DNA from: an uncultured Bdellovibrionales bacterium
Lineage (GTDB): Bacteria > Patescibacteriota > Minisyncoccia > Moranbacterales > DUUL01
Assembly: GCA_964421125.1 (NCBI GenBank)
Contig: CAYQVD010000002.1
Span: 13,579 to 77,578, forward strand
DNA length: 64,000 nt
Direction of reading: 5' to 3'
Part shown: one piece after another, positions 42,194-52,012 of the stretch
Position numbering within the stretch: the stretch's first letter is position 1
Layout of the letters: every line of letters starts with the position of its first letter
The notes under the pieces: generated by a model
What the model was told of the DNA's origin: nothing
What the model saw: the letters and a program-made list of their open reading frames with translations, nothing else
The model's database searches: none
Position numbers and translations under genes: made by a program

Positions 42194-42556
42194 TTACTTT
42201 GCATCTATTATTCTGTCTAATATTTCCTCTGCAATAGCCTTAAAAAACTCTGGCTTCCTCGTCCAATTAGATTCTTCTGATTTTTCTATCCATCTAATTA
42301 AGTCTTCAAGAGAATATTCTGCTACTACTTCCTTATTCTTTCCAAGACCTGAAAAAGAAATATTTTCTGTAAGTATAGTCTTTTGTATCTTCCCTATTTT
42401 ATCATAACCTCCACTATCATGAAGCCTTTTTTCGATATCATCCCTACTGGCACTCTCTTTTATATTATCACTTCCAAATTCTTCCCTTTGAGAGTTTTTT
42501 TCACCACTATTGAGATTAAGCTTTCCACCACTTTTAAAATCAAAAATTTCTGCCAT
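42194..42556 (-). CDS. Hypothetical 120-aa protein upstream of glyA.
   Basis: Clean ORF. Confidence 0.45.
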   Translation of the reverse strand: MAEIFDFKSGGKLNLNSGEKNSQREEFGSDNIKESASRDDIEKRLHDSGGYDKIGKIQKTILTENISFSGLGKNKEVVAEYSLEDLIRWIEKSEESNWTRKPEFFKAIAEEILDRIIDAK

Positions 42557-42606
42557 TTATTTTCAGTTATTTAAGTTATTTTCTTAAAAACTATATTCAA
42601 TCAATT

Positions 42607-42678
42607 TAGATGTAGATAATGTATTTTCGAGGATCTCGCCATTCTGATGGCGTTGCGAGAAAAAATGTTATCTACATC
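42607..42678. repeat. Palindromic intergenic element, copy 3. Its internal loop is replaced by a compensatory cgccat/atggcg hairpin.
   Basis: agatgtagataatgtattttcgag...cgccattctgatggcg...gagaaaaaatgttatctacatct. Confidence 0.85.
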
Positions 42679-42716
42679 TAAATTTAAAACTACTACAACT
42701 CTCTTAAAGAATAAAC

Positions 42717-43160
42717 CTAATCCCGAAACTGCGTTGTCTTATCAATTCCGAAAAAATAATACCACCAATAATAATAGTTAGGACGATTAACGGTGATTTC
42801 AGTTTCATTATCAACCTGAACTGGTTCAACTGCAATATCTTTTTCTTTTATCAAAACCAATTTTTCACCTTCTTTAACTAAATTTAATTTATCCTTCGTT
42901 TCTTTTTCCTTGAATTCATCTGTTTGAAAATAATCAATCAATCCTTGAAGATTTTTGTTGTCCTGATTTAATTTATCAATTTCTGCTTGAAGTTCTGCAA
43001 CTTCACGATTAACTTGCTTTTGCTTATAAGCCTCTTCTGAGTATTTAAAACCAATAAAAAATAACAAAGCAACACCAAAAAGTATCGCGATTCGAAATCC
43101 CAAATTCTTTAATAAAACACTACCTTTACGATCACGATTTTTTCGAGAACTCTTATTCAA
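42717..43160 (-). CDS. FtsB/DivIC-like septum formation initiator.
   Basis: Single TM, a coiled coil (VAELQAEIDKLNQDNKNLQ), and a C-terminal aromatic tail. Confidence 0.55.
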   Translation of the reverse strand: MNKSSRKNRDRKGSVLLKNLGFRIAILFGVALLFFIGFKYSEEAYKQKQVNREVAELQAEIDKLNQDNKNLQGLIDYFQTDEFKEKETKDKLNLVKEGEKLVLIKEKDIAVEPVQVDNETEITVNRPNYYYWWYYFFGIDKTTQFRD

Positions 43161-43463
43161 CTTTTAATGTTTTTATAAATTATTTTTGAAAATAAACTTG
43201 TTTTAGAATCTCTCTACATTGACTGAAAAAGTGGAACTAAAGTGAAACCAACCATTCCAAGAATTCCAAGAAGGGAAATAATAATCCAAATTATTCTCAT
43301 TTTTTTTCTTGTTCTATTTACCATAATATAAAAATATTAACACACTTATTAAAAAGAATCTAGAATATTGAATTTTATTTTTAAACTCTCGCCCTTATTA
43401 TTTCACTATTTTTAATTCCCATTCTAAATTCAAAATTCTTAATTCAAGATTCCAATTAAGTTA

Positions 43464-43492
43464 TTGACTATCCCTGATTATCCTGTTAAAAT
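43464..43492 (+). promoter_or_regulatory. Sigma-70-like promoter for rpmH-rnpA-yidC-jag.
   Basis: TTGACT, 17 nt, TAAAAT, lying 40 nt upstream of rpmH. Confidence 0.5.
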
Positions 43493-43531
43493 CCGTATTA
43501 GTCAAATTTATTAAGTGATAATGTTATTCAT

Positions 43532-43669
43532 ATGCCAAAAAGAACATACCAACCAAAGAAAAAGAGGCGAATGCGACGACACGGATTCCTGAAAAGATCC
43601 AGTACTAATGATGGTCAAAAGGTCCTACAAAGAAGAAGACGAAAAGGACGAAAAAAGTTAACAGTTTAA
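43532..43669 (+). CDS. rpmH: 50S ribosomal protein L34. This ORF is missing from the ORF track because it is under 60 aa.
   Basis: Translates to [22 protein letters not shown]... Confidence 0.9.
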   Translation: MPKRTYQPKKKRRMRRHGFLKRSSTNDGQKVLQRRRRKGRKKLTV

Positions 43670-43701
43670 ACTAAGCCTCTAAAGCTTGGTAATTTTTCTT
43701 T

Positions 43702-44061
43702 ATGTTATCAGAAAAATATAGACTAAAGAGCAAGAAAGAAATTGATCAATTATTCAAGAACGGCAAAGCTGTAAGAAACAGTTTTTTGTTTTTGAAGTAT
43801 AAAGAAAATAATATTGAAAATTCCCACTTTGCCTTTTCTATTGGATTAAAATACTCCAAAAAAGCCGTTGAAAGGAATAAGATGAAAAGAATCCTAAGAG
43901 AAGCAATTCGGCCATTTATTCAGGATATTAAACCTGGATTTGATGGAACATTTTTTCTTTCAAGTGGATTAAATCCTGACAAAAAAAAGATTACTTTAAA
44001 GGAAGCTCAAATCGCAATTGAAGGAGCTCTTGAAAAAGCAAATTTAATAATAACAAAATAA
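43702..44061 (+). CDS. rnpA: RNase P protein component.
   Basis: Basic 119-aa protein in the conserved position after rpmH. Confidence 0.85.
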   Translation: MLSEKYRLKSKKEIDQLFKNGKAVRNSFLFLKYKENNIENSHFAFSIGLKYSKKAVERNKMKRILREAIRPFIQDIKPGFDGTFFLSSGLNPDKKKITLKEAQIAIEGALEKANLIITK

Positions 44062-44070
44062 AAAAACTAA

Positions 44071-44838
44071 ATGTTTGAATTGATCAGCAACATGTTTACT
44101 ACAGCTCTTTATCAACCATTATTCAATGCACTTATAATGATTTACAATATTATTCCTGACATGGGAGTAAGTATTATTATCATAACCGTAATAATTAGAA
44201 TCATTCTTCTTCCTCTTTCTAAAAAAGCGATAGAATCTCAGAAGAAAATGCAAGAAATTCAGCCTGAATTAAAAGAGATTCAAGAAAAATACAAAGACAA
44301 CAAACAAAAAAAGAGTGAAGAGATGATGAAGTTCTACAAAGAAAAGAAAGTAAATCCAGCCGCTGGTTGTCTTCCTCTTATTGTTCAATTAGTTATTCTT
44401 ATTGCGCTATATCGAGTTTTTCTTAACGCTAGTGTAGAATTCGATAGTCACTTGCTATATAGTTTCGTTACCGATCCAGAATCAATTAACAAAATTGCCT
44501 TTGGATTCATTGACATCACTGTAAGAAGTATTCCACTTGCAATTATCGCAGCTGGATTACAATTCTGGCAGACTAAGATGATGATGGCTAAACAAAAAAA
44601 GATTCAGAAGCCAAAAAAAGATTCAGGAAGTCCAGATTTTGGATCAATTATGCAACAACAAATGCTTTTTATTGCTCCAATCATGACTTTTGTTATTGGA
44701 CTTACCTTCCCTGCGGCTCTTCCAATTTACTGGATAGTAACAACTATATTCATGATCGGACAACAATATCACATTATGCATAAAGAAAATAAAGAAAAAG
44801 ACAGTTCCGAAAAACCAAAATTAGATCCTGTAAAATAA
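44071..44838 (+). CDS. yidC: YidC/Oxa1 membrane protein insertase, short form.
   Basis: Five-TM core and conserved gene order. Confidence 0.85.
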   Translation: MFELISNMFTTALYQPLFNALIMIYNIIPDMGVSIIIITVIIRIILLPLSKKAIESQKKMQEIQPELKEIQEKYKDNKQKKSEEMMKFYKEKKVNPAAGCLPLIVQLVILIALYRVFLNASVEFDSHLLYSFVTDPESINKIAFGFIDITVRSIPLAIIAAGLQFWQTKMMMAKQKKIQKPKKDSGSPDFGSIMQQQMLFIAPIMTFVIGLTFPAALPIYWIVTTIFMIGQQYHIMHKENKEKDSSEKPKLDPVK

Positions 44839-44865
44839 CTTATAAAAAGTTTTAATATTACTATT

Positions 44866-45333
44866 ATGGAAAATGAAGAAAAAAAGAAATCTCTTGAAAG
44901 CATCACAAAAGAACTATTAGAAAAAATGGACATTCAAGGAACTGTCTATATTGCCGAAAATGCAGTTTCAGAAGATGGTGCAATTTCAATCGAAATACAA
45001 ACTAGTGATTCAAGCTATCTAATCGGTAGAGGAGGAATAAATCTTTCAGCCCTGCAACACATTATTCGAATTCTTGCTCGAAAAAAAATCGGCGAACAAA
45101 TGCAATTCACTGTTGATGTTAATGGATACCGAGATGATCAAAAACAAATCCTCATTGATAAAACTCAAGAAGTAATTAAAGAAATACGAAATAGAAAAAA
45201 ACCAATAGAACTGTCTCCGATGAATTCTTACGAAAGAAGAATTGTTCATATGGAAATTTCAAAAAATTCAGACGTTGAATCCGATAGCATTGGAGAAGAT
45301 GAGGAACGAAGAGTAGTAGTTAAACTAGCTTAA
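44866..45333 (+). CDS. jag: Jag/KhpB-like KH plus R3H RNA-binding protein.
   Basis: R3H motif (YERRIVHMEIS) and conserved position after yidC. Confidence 0.8.
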   Translation: MENEEKKKSLESITKELLEKMDIQGTVYIAENAVSEDGAISIEIQTSDSSYLIGRGGINLSALQHIIRILARKKIGEQMQFTVDVNGYRDDQKQILIDKTQEVIKEIRNRKKPIELSPMNSYERRIVHMEISKNSDVESDSIGEDEERRVVVKLA

Positions 45334-45374
45334 TTCTTTTCTCGTTCACAAAACATTTCAAAAAAACAAATACA

Positions 45375-45494
45375 GGAATCACACGTTTGAGTGCAGTTCG
45401 AGGCAAAAACGAGCATTTAAGCAAAGCTGTATCATTTATACAGCGAGCGAGAAGCGCAGTTTTTAACAAAGAAATGTGCCAAACGTGTAATTCC
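45375..45494 (+). other. GC-enriched structured element, possibly a ncRNA or leader, upstream of the flippase gene.
   Basis: 15-bp closing stem ggaatcacacgtttg/caaacgtgtaattcc with one mismatch. It encloses about 90 nt containing the sub-hairpin gctgtat-cattt-atacagc. Confidence 0.35.
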
Positions 45495-45523
45495 TAAAAT
45501 ATAAATTTTAAATAAACTACATA

Positions 45524-46945
45524 ATGTCAGTTCCAAGAAAAATTGCTTATAATGTAATTTTTTCATCATCGGCAAAGATTTTGAGCACTATTGTCGCGTT
45601 GATTGGAATTGGTCTTATTACAAGATATCTTGGACAAGAAGGTTTTGGTCGTTATGCGACCGCTCTTGCCTTTCTATCTCTTTTCGGTGCACTAGGAGAT
45701 TGGGGAATCTATCAAGTTGCTACTCTCCGAATTTCCCGTGATAAAGCTGATGAAAGAAAAGTACTTTCTAACGCCATGGGACTTCGAATTACAGTTTCTC
45801 TAGCTGTTATTATCATTGCTCCATTAATAATCTATATTCTTCCTTACGGAAAAGAACTAAAAATCGCTCTGATTTTTATTGCATTTTCTTACGCATTTTC
45901 TTCTTTCTATCAAGTAATTGTTGGACTTTTTCAAAAAAAGCTCCGAATGGACCTCGTGACTGGTTCAGAATTAATAGGAAAAATTATCCAAGTATCATTA
46001 ATCGTTATTGGAGTAATGAACGATTGGGGATTCTATTTTATTATCATCACACTGTTGATTAACATGATTATTAATTTTACCTTTGTCTTCCTGATATCAC
46101 GGAAATTCATCAAATTCAAACCAGCTTTTGACTTCACTTACTGGAAAAACTTCTTGAAACAATCTATTCCAATCGGACTTGCCGCTCTAGTAACTTTTAT
46201 CTATTTTAAAGCCGACACAATCCTTCTTTCATTAATGAAACCAGCAGAAGATGTTGGAACTTATGGAGCTGCTTATAAGGTCATTGAAAACATCAGTTTC
46301 TTCCCTGCTATGATTGTCGGTCTAACCCTTCCATTACTTTCTTATAATATCTTTAAAAATCGAGAAAAATTTAAAAATATTGTTAATAAAAATTTCAAAG
46401 TTTTTCTAATCTTAGTTATTCCACTAATTATCGGGACATTCTTTCTCGCCGATGGAATTATTGCTATTATTGCTGGACCAGAATTCGCAGAATCTGCCAT
46501 TGTCCTTAAAATAATAATTTTCGCATCTGCTTTTATTTTCTTTGGACACCTCTTCACAAACATTCTTCTTTCTGCCAATCTCCAAAAAAAACTTTTTATT
46601 GTTTTGTTTTTTTGCGCAATTTTTAATATTACATTAAATTTAATTCTGATCCCTAAGTTCTCCTATCTCGCCACTGCTAGCATTTCCGTTGCAACAGAAT
46701 TTCTAGTTATTATGCTAACAGGATTCTTAATCTATCGAAATCTCAAATTTATTCCAAGCTCCAACAAAATTATTCAAATCATTATCTCAGGAGTTTTAAT
46801 GACACTTTTTTTATGGTTCACTCAAGACATTAACTTCTTCCTTCGTCTTCTTGTCAGCCCTATGATTTATTTTGGAAGTTTAATCATTTTAAATGTCATC
46901 TCTAAAAATGAAATTCTTTCATTTGTCAAAAAAGACGCGTCCTAA
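45524..46945 (+). CDS. Wzx-like oligosaccharide/polysaccharide flippase (MOP superfamily).
   Basis: About 14 TM helices and characteristic length. Confidence 0.7.
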   Translation: MSVPRKIAYNVIFSSSAKILSTIVALIGIGLITRYLGQEGFGRYATALAFLSLFGALGDWGIYQVATLRISRDKADERKVLSNAMGLRITVSLAVIIIAPLIIYILPYGKELKIALIFIAFSYAFSSFYQVIVGLFQKKLRMDLVTGSELIGKIIQVSLIVIGVMNDWGFYFIIITLLINMIINFTFVFLISRKFIKFKPAFDFTYWKNFLKQSIPIGLAALVTFIYFKADTILLSLMKPAEDVGTYGAAYKVIENISFFPAMIVGLTLPLLSYNIFKNREKFKNIVNKNFKVFLILVIPLIIGTFFLADGIIAIIAGPEFAESAIVLKIIIFASAFIFFGHLFTNILLSANLQKKLFIVLFFCAIFNITLNLILIPKFSYLATASISVATEFLVIMLTGFLIYRNLKFIPSSNKIIQIIISGVLMTLFLWFTQDINFFLRLLVSPMIYFGSLIILNVISKNEILSFVKKDAS

Positions 46946-47007
46946 ATTAAAAATTAAAACAAAAAAGCAATTTTTAAAAATCCTGCTAAATTAAGATATT
47001 TCGTCTC

Positions 47008-47919
47008 ATGAAAAAATTCTCTATTGCAATTATTATAGTTGGTTTCAATAACGAAAAGACTATTCGGGAGTGTCTCTATTCCCTATTTAAAAATTTTTTA
47101 GGTAAAACCCCCATAAAAGGCAGGATAATTTTCATTGATAATAATTCTTCTGATAAAACCATAAAAGCTGTATTAAAATTAAAAGAATTTTACCCTCATC
47201 TTGATATCATTAAAAATAAAACAAATTTTGGATTTGCAAAAGCTGTGAATCAAGGAATTAAAATTGCTCAGAAAAAATATAATCCTAATTTTTTTATGCT
47301 TCTGAATCCAGATGCAAAGATTGAAACAGAAGGACTAATCAATAAAGCCGTTGAAAGAATTAAAAATTTCTCAAAACCAATTATCGTTTCTCCAAAAATA
47401 ACAAAGGCTTATACTGAAGACCCAATCGATTCATTGAAAAATAAAAAGGAAGTTTGGTTTGAAGGAGGAAGAATAGATTGGCTTAAACAAAAAGTTATTC
47501 ACGAGCCTTCCAATATCTCTGATATTAGAAGCGGAAAATGTTTTCAATCAGATTTCATCTCCGGCTGTGCTATGATTTTCAATAAAAAAACAATAGAAAA
47601 AATTGGACTATTTGATGAAAAATTTTTCCTCTTTTATGAAGACGCCGATTTTTGCCTCCGAACAAAAAAAGTTGGAGGAAAATTAGTGGTTTTTCCTGAC
47701 CTAAAAATATGTCATATCGAATCGGCCTCTTTCTCAAAAAAAGACATCAAGACATACCACCTTGTTAAAAGTGGATTGCTTTTCTTTCATAAACATTCCT
47801 CTAAAAAACTTCTTCTTTTTTTCTGGATAAAATTCTATGCAAGACTCTTTTATCATAAATTTTTTTCCAAGAAAAAAATTGTCTTCAAGGCAATGAAAAA
47901 CTTCAAAGAGGAAATTTAA
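47008..47919 (+). CDS. Family 2 glycosyltransferase.
   Basis: N-terminal GT-A fold with a DxD-like FYEDADF motif. Confidence 0.75.
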   Translation: MKKFSIAIIIVGFNNEKTIRECLYSLFKNFLGKTPIKGRIIFIDNNSSDKTIKAVLKLKEFYPHLDIIKNKTNFGFAKAVNQGIKIAQKKYNPNFFMLLNPDAKIETEGLINKAVERIKNFSKPIIVSPKITKAYTEDPIDSLKNKKEVWFEGGRIDWLKQKVIHEPSNISDIRSGKCFQSDFISGCAMIFNKKTIEKIGLFDEKFFLFYEDADFCLRTKKVGGKLVVFPDLKICHIESASFSKKDIKTYHLVKSGLLFFHKHSSKKLLLFFWIKFYARLFYHKFFSKKKIVFKAMKNFKEEI

Positions 47920-47966
47920 AAAAGTGTGCTATAATAAATCCACCTTCATAACAAGACTAGCTGAAT

Positions 47967-48034
47967 TGTAGATAATGTATTTTCGAGAGCATGACATTCT
48001 AATGAAATTTTTCGAGAAAATATGTTATCTACAT
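47967..48034. repeat. Palindromic intergenic element, copy 4.
   Basis: tgtagataatgtattttcgagagcatgacattctaatgaaatttttcgagaaaatatgttatctacat. Confidence 0.85.
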
Positions 48035-48095
48035 TTCAATCGCTAATCTCATTCGATATTTTAAATAATAGTTTACTAATCTAAATATAAAAAAC

Positions 48096-49337
48096 ATGAA
48101 GAATAAAAAAATAATGTATTGGGGTATTTTTTTTATTATAATTATCGTTTTAATTATGTTCTTTTTTATTTTTAAAAAAAATAAATCCAAACCAGTTATT
48201 ACTCAGCAAACACAAGAAATCACTAAAGAAACAGACTTAATCCCCTATAATTTACCAGAAAATGCTTCAAAAATTACCGGACTTTCATGTGAAAATAATG
48301 ATAAACGTCCTTTTGCTATTATGTATTCAGGAGATCGAAGTGCCAGAAAATATTTCTCTAGTCTTTCATTAGCAGATTTCGTTCTTGAAATGCCACATCG
48401 ACCGATGCATGGACAGCCAAGACTTATGGGAGTTTTTCAATGTAATACTCCCGAGATTGTTGGTCCAATGCGTTCTGGAAGAACTGATCATATTTCTGTT
48501 GCTGGCTCTCTTGATGCTATTTATGTTCCATGGGGAGGATCAAGTGTTGGAAAAGCATTATTAACAAAAGGAGTTATTGACCATATTGATTGCAATGGTG
48601 AAGTAGCCCCAGCTGGAGGATCAGCTTGTTTTAGAAGATCAGGCCCAATGAGCACACTTGAAAGTGCTTCATCAAGCATTCCTAAATTAATTAAAAGAGC
48701 TGAGGAAGTTGGATACCGAAAAGAAACTCAAGTAATTGGATTTAATCACCAAGGAGACCTACCTCTGGAAGAACGACCGGAATATGCAAGAGTGCGAGTT
48801 AAATTTGAAAAACCCTCTGACGTTGAATATCTTTATGATAAAGAAACAAATTCATATCTAAGATTCTTTGACGACGCATCCGACATCGACTATGCAACCA
48901 AGAAACAATATGCTCCAAAAAATCTAATTACTATCATCACAAAAAAAGATGCATGGTTGACAGACACTGACTACGTTGCGCAAGGATTAAAAGATCCATG
49001 GGACGGAACAGATACAGCACATCGAGAAAGAGAAGATGGACAATATCCAAACATGCAACTTGGAGATCCTTGGTTTGATACAAAATACGAAGGAGAAGCA
49101 GAATTCTTTTTCAATGGTCAACACATCAAAGGAATTTGGAAAAGAGAAAAAGGGATTGATGAGCCGTTTCAATTTTTCGATGAAGAAGGCAAAGATATTC
49201 ACTTCGCTCCAGGTCAAGTCTGGATGCATGTCCTTGGTCATTCCAGAACAGTTAGCTATGAAGATGAGACTGAATACCAAGAACGTCTTGAAGATGAAAC
49301 CAAAAAAACATCCTTCACGGATTCACAGGAATTATAG
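48096..49337 (+). CDS. Membrane-anchored hypothetical protein. DUF3048/YerB-like is a tentative assignment.
   Basis: N-terminal TM, then a large soluble domain. Confidence 0.45.
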   Translation: MKNKKIMYWGIFFIIIIVLIMFFFIFKKNKSKPVITQQTQEITKETDLIPYNLPENASKITGLSCENNDKRPFAIMYSGDRSARKYFSSLSLADFVLEMPHRPMHGQPRLMGVFQCNTPEIVGPMRSGRTDHISVAGSLDAIYVPWGGSSVGKALLTKGVIDHIDCNGEVAPAGGSACFRRSGPMSTLESASSSIPKLIKRAEEVGYRKETQVIGFNHQGDLPLEERPEYARVRVKFEKPSDVEYLYDKETNSYLRFFDDASDIDYATKKQYAPKNLITIITKKDAWLTDTDYVAQGLKDPWDGTDTAHREREDGQYPNMQLGDPWFDTKYEGEAEFFFNGQHIKGIWKREKGIDEPFQFFDEEGKDIHFAPGQVWMHVLGHSRTVSYEDETEYQERLEDETKKTSFTDSQEL

Positions 49338-49363
49338 AACTACAAAGACTGCAATATTTAAAA

Positions 49364-49392
49364 AGCATTCTCAATACAGAGAATGCTTTTTT
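49364..49392. terminator. Bidirectional intrinsic terminator between convergent genes.
   Basis: aagcattctc-aataca-gagaatgctt stem flanked by an A-run and a T-run. Confidence 0.6.
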
Positions 49393-49527
49393 GTCATTAA
49401 TATTGATTTTTAGTTTATCATTATTATCTCGAAATATTTTTTAAAGACCTTTTATAGTAGGGAGAATCTGTGCTTTTATTAGATTTATATCACCATCAAG
49501 AAAATCTTCAAATTGATTAGAAAATTA

Positions 49528-50571
49528 TTATATAATCCCAAATAATAAGCAAACTCCCATTCCCAACATAATAATACCGGCTATCAAGTGCAAAATTTTT
49601 AGATTATTACTTCTTTTTTCTTCTGCTTTTTTTATATTCATTCCAAAATATGCACCTAGTGTAATTCCTACCATAGGTAAAACAAAAATTAAATTATATA
49701 AAACTAATAACCAAATTGCTTTAAAATAACTTGTTTTATGTCCTAACATACCAATAATTATAATATAAGGACCACTAGTACAAGGCAATAAAAACAAACT
49801 CACTACAAATCCAGTTAAAAACGCTCCAATAGGATTAGTAATTGAATGAATTAATCCTTTTAATTTTGGACGCCAACTCATTGGTACCTCCATGAGAAAT
49901 CCTTTATTATACCAAAAAAAATCTTTAAGATTAAAGATTCCCAATAGAATAGCAATGATCCCAATAATTTTCATAAAAATTTGAGATGTTTTGACGCCGG
50001 CAATAATTGAATAAAAACCTAATCCCATTAAAAAATAGGAAATAAAAATAGACAAAGTAAAGGCTAATCCAGAAAAAAGTGCTCTTTTTCTTTGTCCAGA
50101 AGCTAATACTGTAGTCATTAAAATAAATAATACTGCAAAAGCACATGGATTAATAGCGTCCACTAAAGATGCACCAATTAAAACAGGTATCGTTAAATCT
50201 CGCGAAAAACTTTCTTTAGTTTCTTTTGTTGTTTCAGTTTTTTTATCTTTATTTTCTAGATAACCAACAATTTGTTTATCGCCAATGAAACATTCATTTC
50301 CAGCATATAAAAAAGGTACTCCTCTATCCATAAGTCCAATACCCTCTTGTTCACAAAGCAAATTAAACTCCTCCGCATTTTTTGAATTTTGATAAATTTC
50401 TTTTTGTATAATTTTTCCTTCTAAATTATTTTCTTTAATAAATTTTTCTACTTGCCCACAATGTGGACAACCCTGTCCATAATATAAAATAGGCTCTTTC
50501 CCCTCATTAGCAAAGGTAATTTGAAAAAAAGTAAAAAAAACAAAAAACAAAATAATAATTTTTTTAGTCAT
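49528..50571 (-). CDS. Second thioredoxin-fold plus CcdA/DsbD-like fusion protein.
   Basis: Signal peptide, CPHC motif, and a membrane domain with INPCAF and LPCTSGPY. Confidence 0.75.
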   Translation of the reverse strand: MTKKIIILFFVFFTFFQITFANEGKEPILYYGQGCPHCGQVEKFIKENNLEGKIIQKEIYQNSKNAEEFNLLCEQEGIGLMDRGVPFLYAGNECFIGDKQIVGYLENKDKKTETTKETKESFSRDLTIPVLIGASLVDAINPCAFAVLFILMTTVLASGQRKRALFSGLAFTLSIFISYFLMGLGFYSIIAGVKTSQIFMKIIGIIAILLGIFNLKDFFWYNKGFLMEVPMSWRPKLKGLIHSITNPIGAFLTGFVVSLFLLPCTSGPYIIIIGMLGHKTSYFKAIWLLVLYNLIFVLPMVGITLGAYFGMNIKKAEEKRSNNLKILHLIAGIIMLGMGVCLLFGII

Positions 50572-50895
50572 AATAAATATTTTCTAAATTAATAAATCTA
50601 CTTACTTAATTTATATTACCATATATTCTAATCTTTTATTTTATTATATGGAATTGCTTTTTAAAATTATTTTTATACTGTTTTGTGTAATATTTTTTTA
50701 GTCATATTGTATTATATTTTTTATAATTTAAATCTTATCTAAAACCGAGCGAAGTAAGGTCTTAGAAAACGTTCGCGTGTCATCTGAAGTTTTTATCCCC
50801 TTTTAGCAAGATAAATTTAAATCATCAAACACACGTTCTTTATTAAACTCCGCCCAAACTCTCATCAAAACAAAAGGATGAAAATTTGGACAGAA

Positions 50896-50935
50896 GAAAA
50901 TTGACAATCCTTTAAAATATTAACTGTCAATTTTC
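50896..50935. promoter_or_regulatory. Perfect 11-bp inverted repeat GAAAATTGACA-N18-TGTCAATTTTC. It looks like an operator for a dimeric regulator.
   Basis: Seen directly in the sequence, about 325 bp upstream of the Trx-CcdA-2 start. Confidence 0.35.
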
Positions 50936-51008
50936 TGTAGCCAAATATAAACTATTTTTTATGCGAACTTTTTATTTTTGAATAACAATACTTTATATGT
51001 TATGCGAA

Positions 51009-51908
51009 CTACTCACTCTTCCCAAATTTCTCAAAAGCTCTCAGGACTTCAAGTGGAAGTGCAAAAACAACTGTATTGGATTGATCGGAAGAAAGATCAT
51101 TAAGCGTGTGTAACGTTCGAAGGTGAAGTGACCCTACTTGTTGAGAAAGAACTCCGGCTGCCTTAGAAATATTCCCAGAAGCCACAACTTCTCCTTCGGA
51201 TTTAATGATTACCGCTCTTTTTTCTCTTTCTGCTTCAGCTTGCTTTCCAATCACTCTTTTCATTTCTTCTGGCAAAGTAACATCTTTTAGTTCAACTGAA
51301 TTGACACTAACTCCCCAAGCGTCAGTTGCTTTGTCTACAATAAGTCTAATTTTTTCAGCAATTGTGTTTCGATTTGAAAGAAGTTCATCTAAGTCAACCT
51401 CTCCAGCTACATTTCGCATAGTTGTTTGAGCCAGTTGTGAAACTGCATAAAAGAAATCTTCTACTTCAATAATTGCCTTCTCGGCATCAACAATCTTATA
51501 ATAAATAACAGCATTGACTGTCACAGAAATATTGTCTTTAGTAATTGCCTCTTGATCCGGCACGTCCACTGCCTTTATTCGCATATCAACTTTTTGGTAT
51601 GATTGGAAGACTGGAATGACAATTTTCCATCCTGGCTCCATAATTCCAGCAAATTTTCCCATTGTGAACTTCACTCCTTTTTCATATTGGTTGATTTGCT
51701 TGATAGAAATCAGCAAAACAACAATCGCGATGACAATGATTGTTAAAAATCCCATGTTTTTATTATTAATAATTAAATCTAAATTTAAAAATCCACCAAA
51801 CGAATCAAAAATAAATCCCAGAAAAATCAGCCAAAAAATCCATTTGCCTTTGCCAAGTTGATCTCCTAATTTTTTAAAATCTATTTCTTGATTATTATTC
51901 TTCCTCAT
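51009..51908 (-). CDS. SPFH/band-7 (stomatin-like) membrane protein.
   Basis: N-terminal TM and an SPFH core. Confidence 0.8.
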   Translation of the reverse strand: MRKNNNQEIDFKKLGDQLGKGKWIFWLIFLGFIFDSFGGFLNLDLIINNKNMGFLTIIVIAIVVLLISIKQINQYEKGVKFTMGKFAGIMEPGWKIVIPVFQSYQKVDMRIKAVDVPDQEAITKDNISVTVNAVIYYKIVDAEKAIIEVEDFFYAVSQLAQTTMRNVAGEVDLDELLSNRNTIAEKIRLIVDKATDAWGVSVNSVELKDVTLPEEMKRVIGKQAEAEREKRAVIIKSEGEVVASGNISKAAGVLSQQVGSLHLRTLHTLNDLSSDQSNTVVFALPLEVLRAFEKFGKSE

Positions 51909-51943
51909 ATCTATATTTTAACCTAAAACTATAATAAAGCAAA

Positions 51944-51986
51944 ACATCTCACCTTCTTACCGGCAGGCAGGCTAAAATGAGATGCT
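51944..51986 (-). terminator. Hairpin terminator after atpC.
   Basis: gcatctca...tgagatg stem and a T-rich tail on the minus strand. Confidence 0.45.
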
Positions 51987-52012
51987 TTTTATAAAAAATT
52001 CCGAATTAAAAT

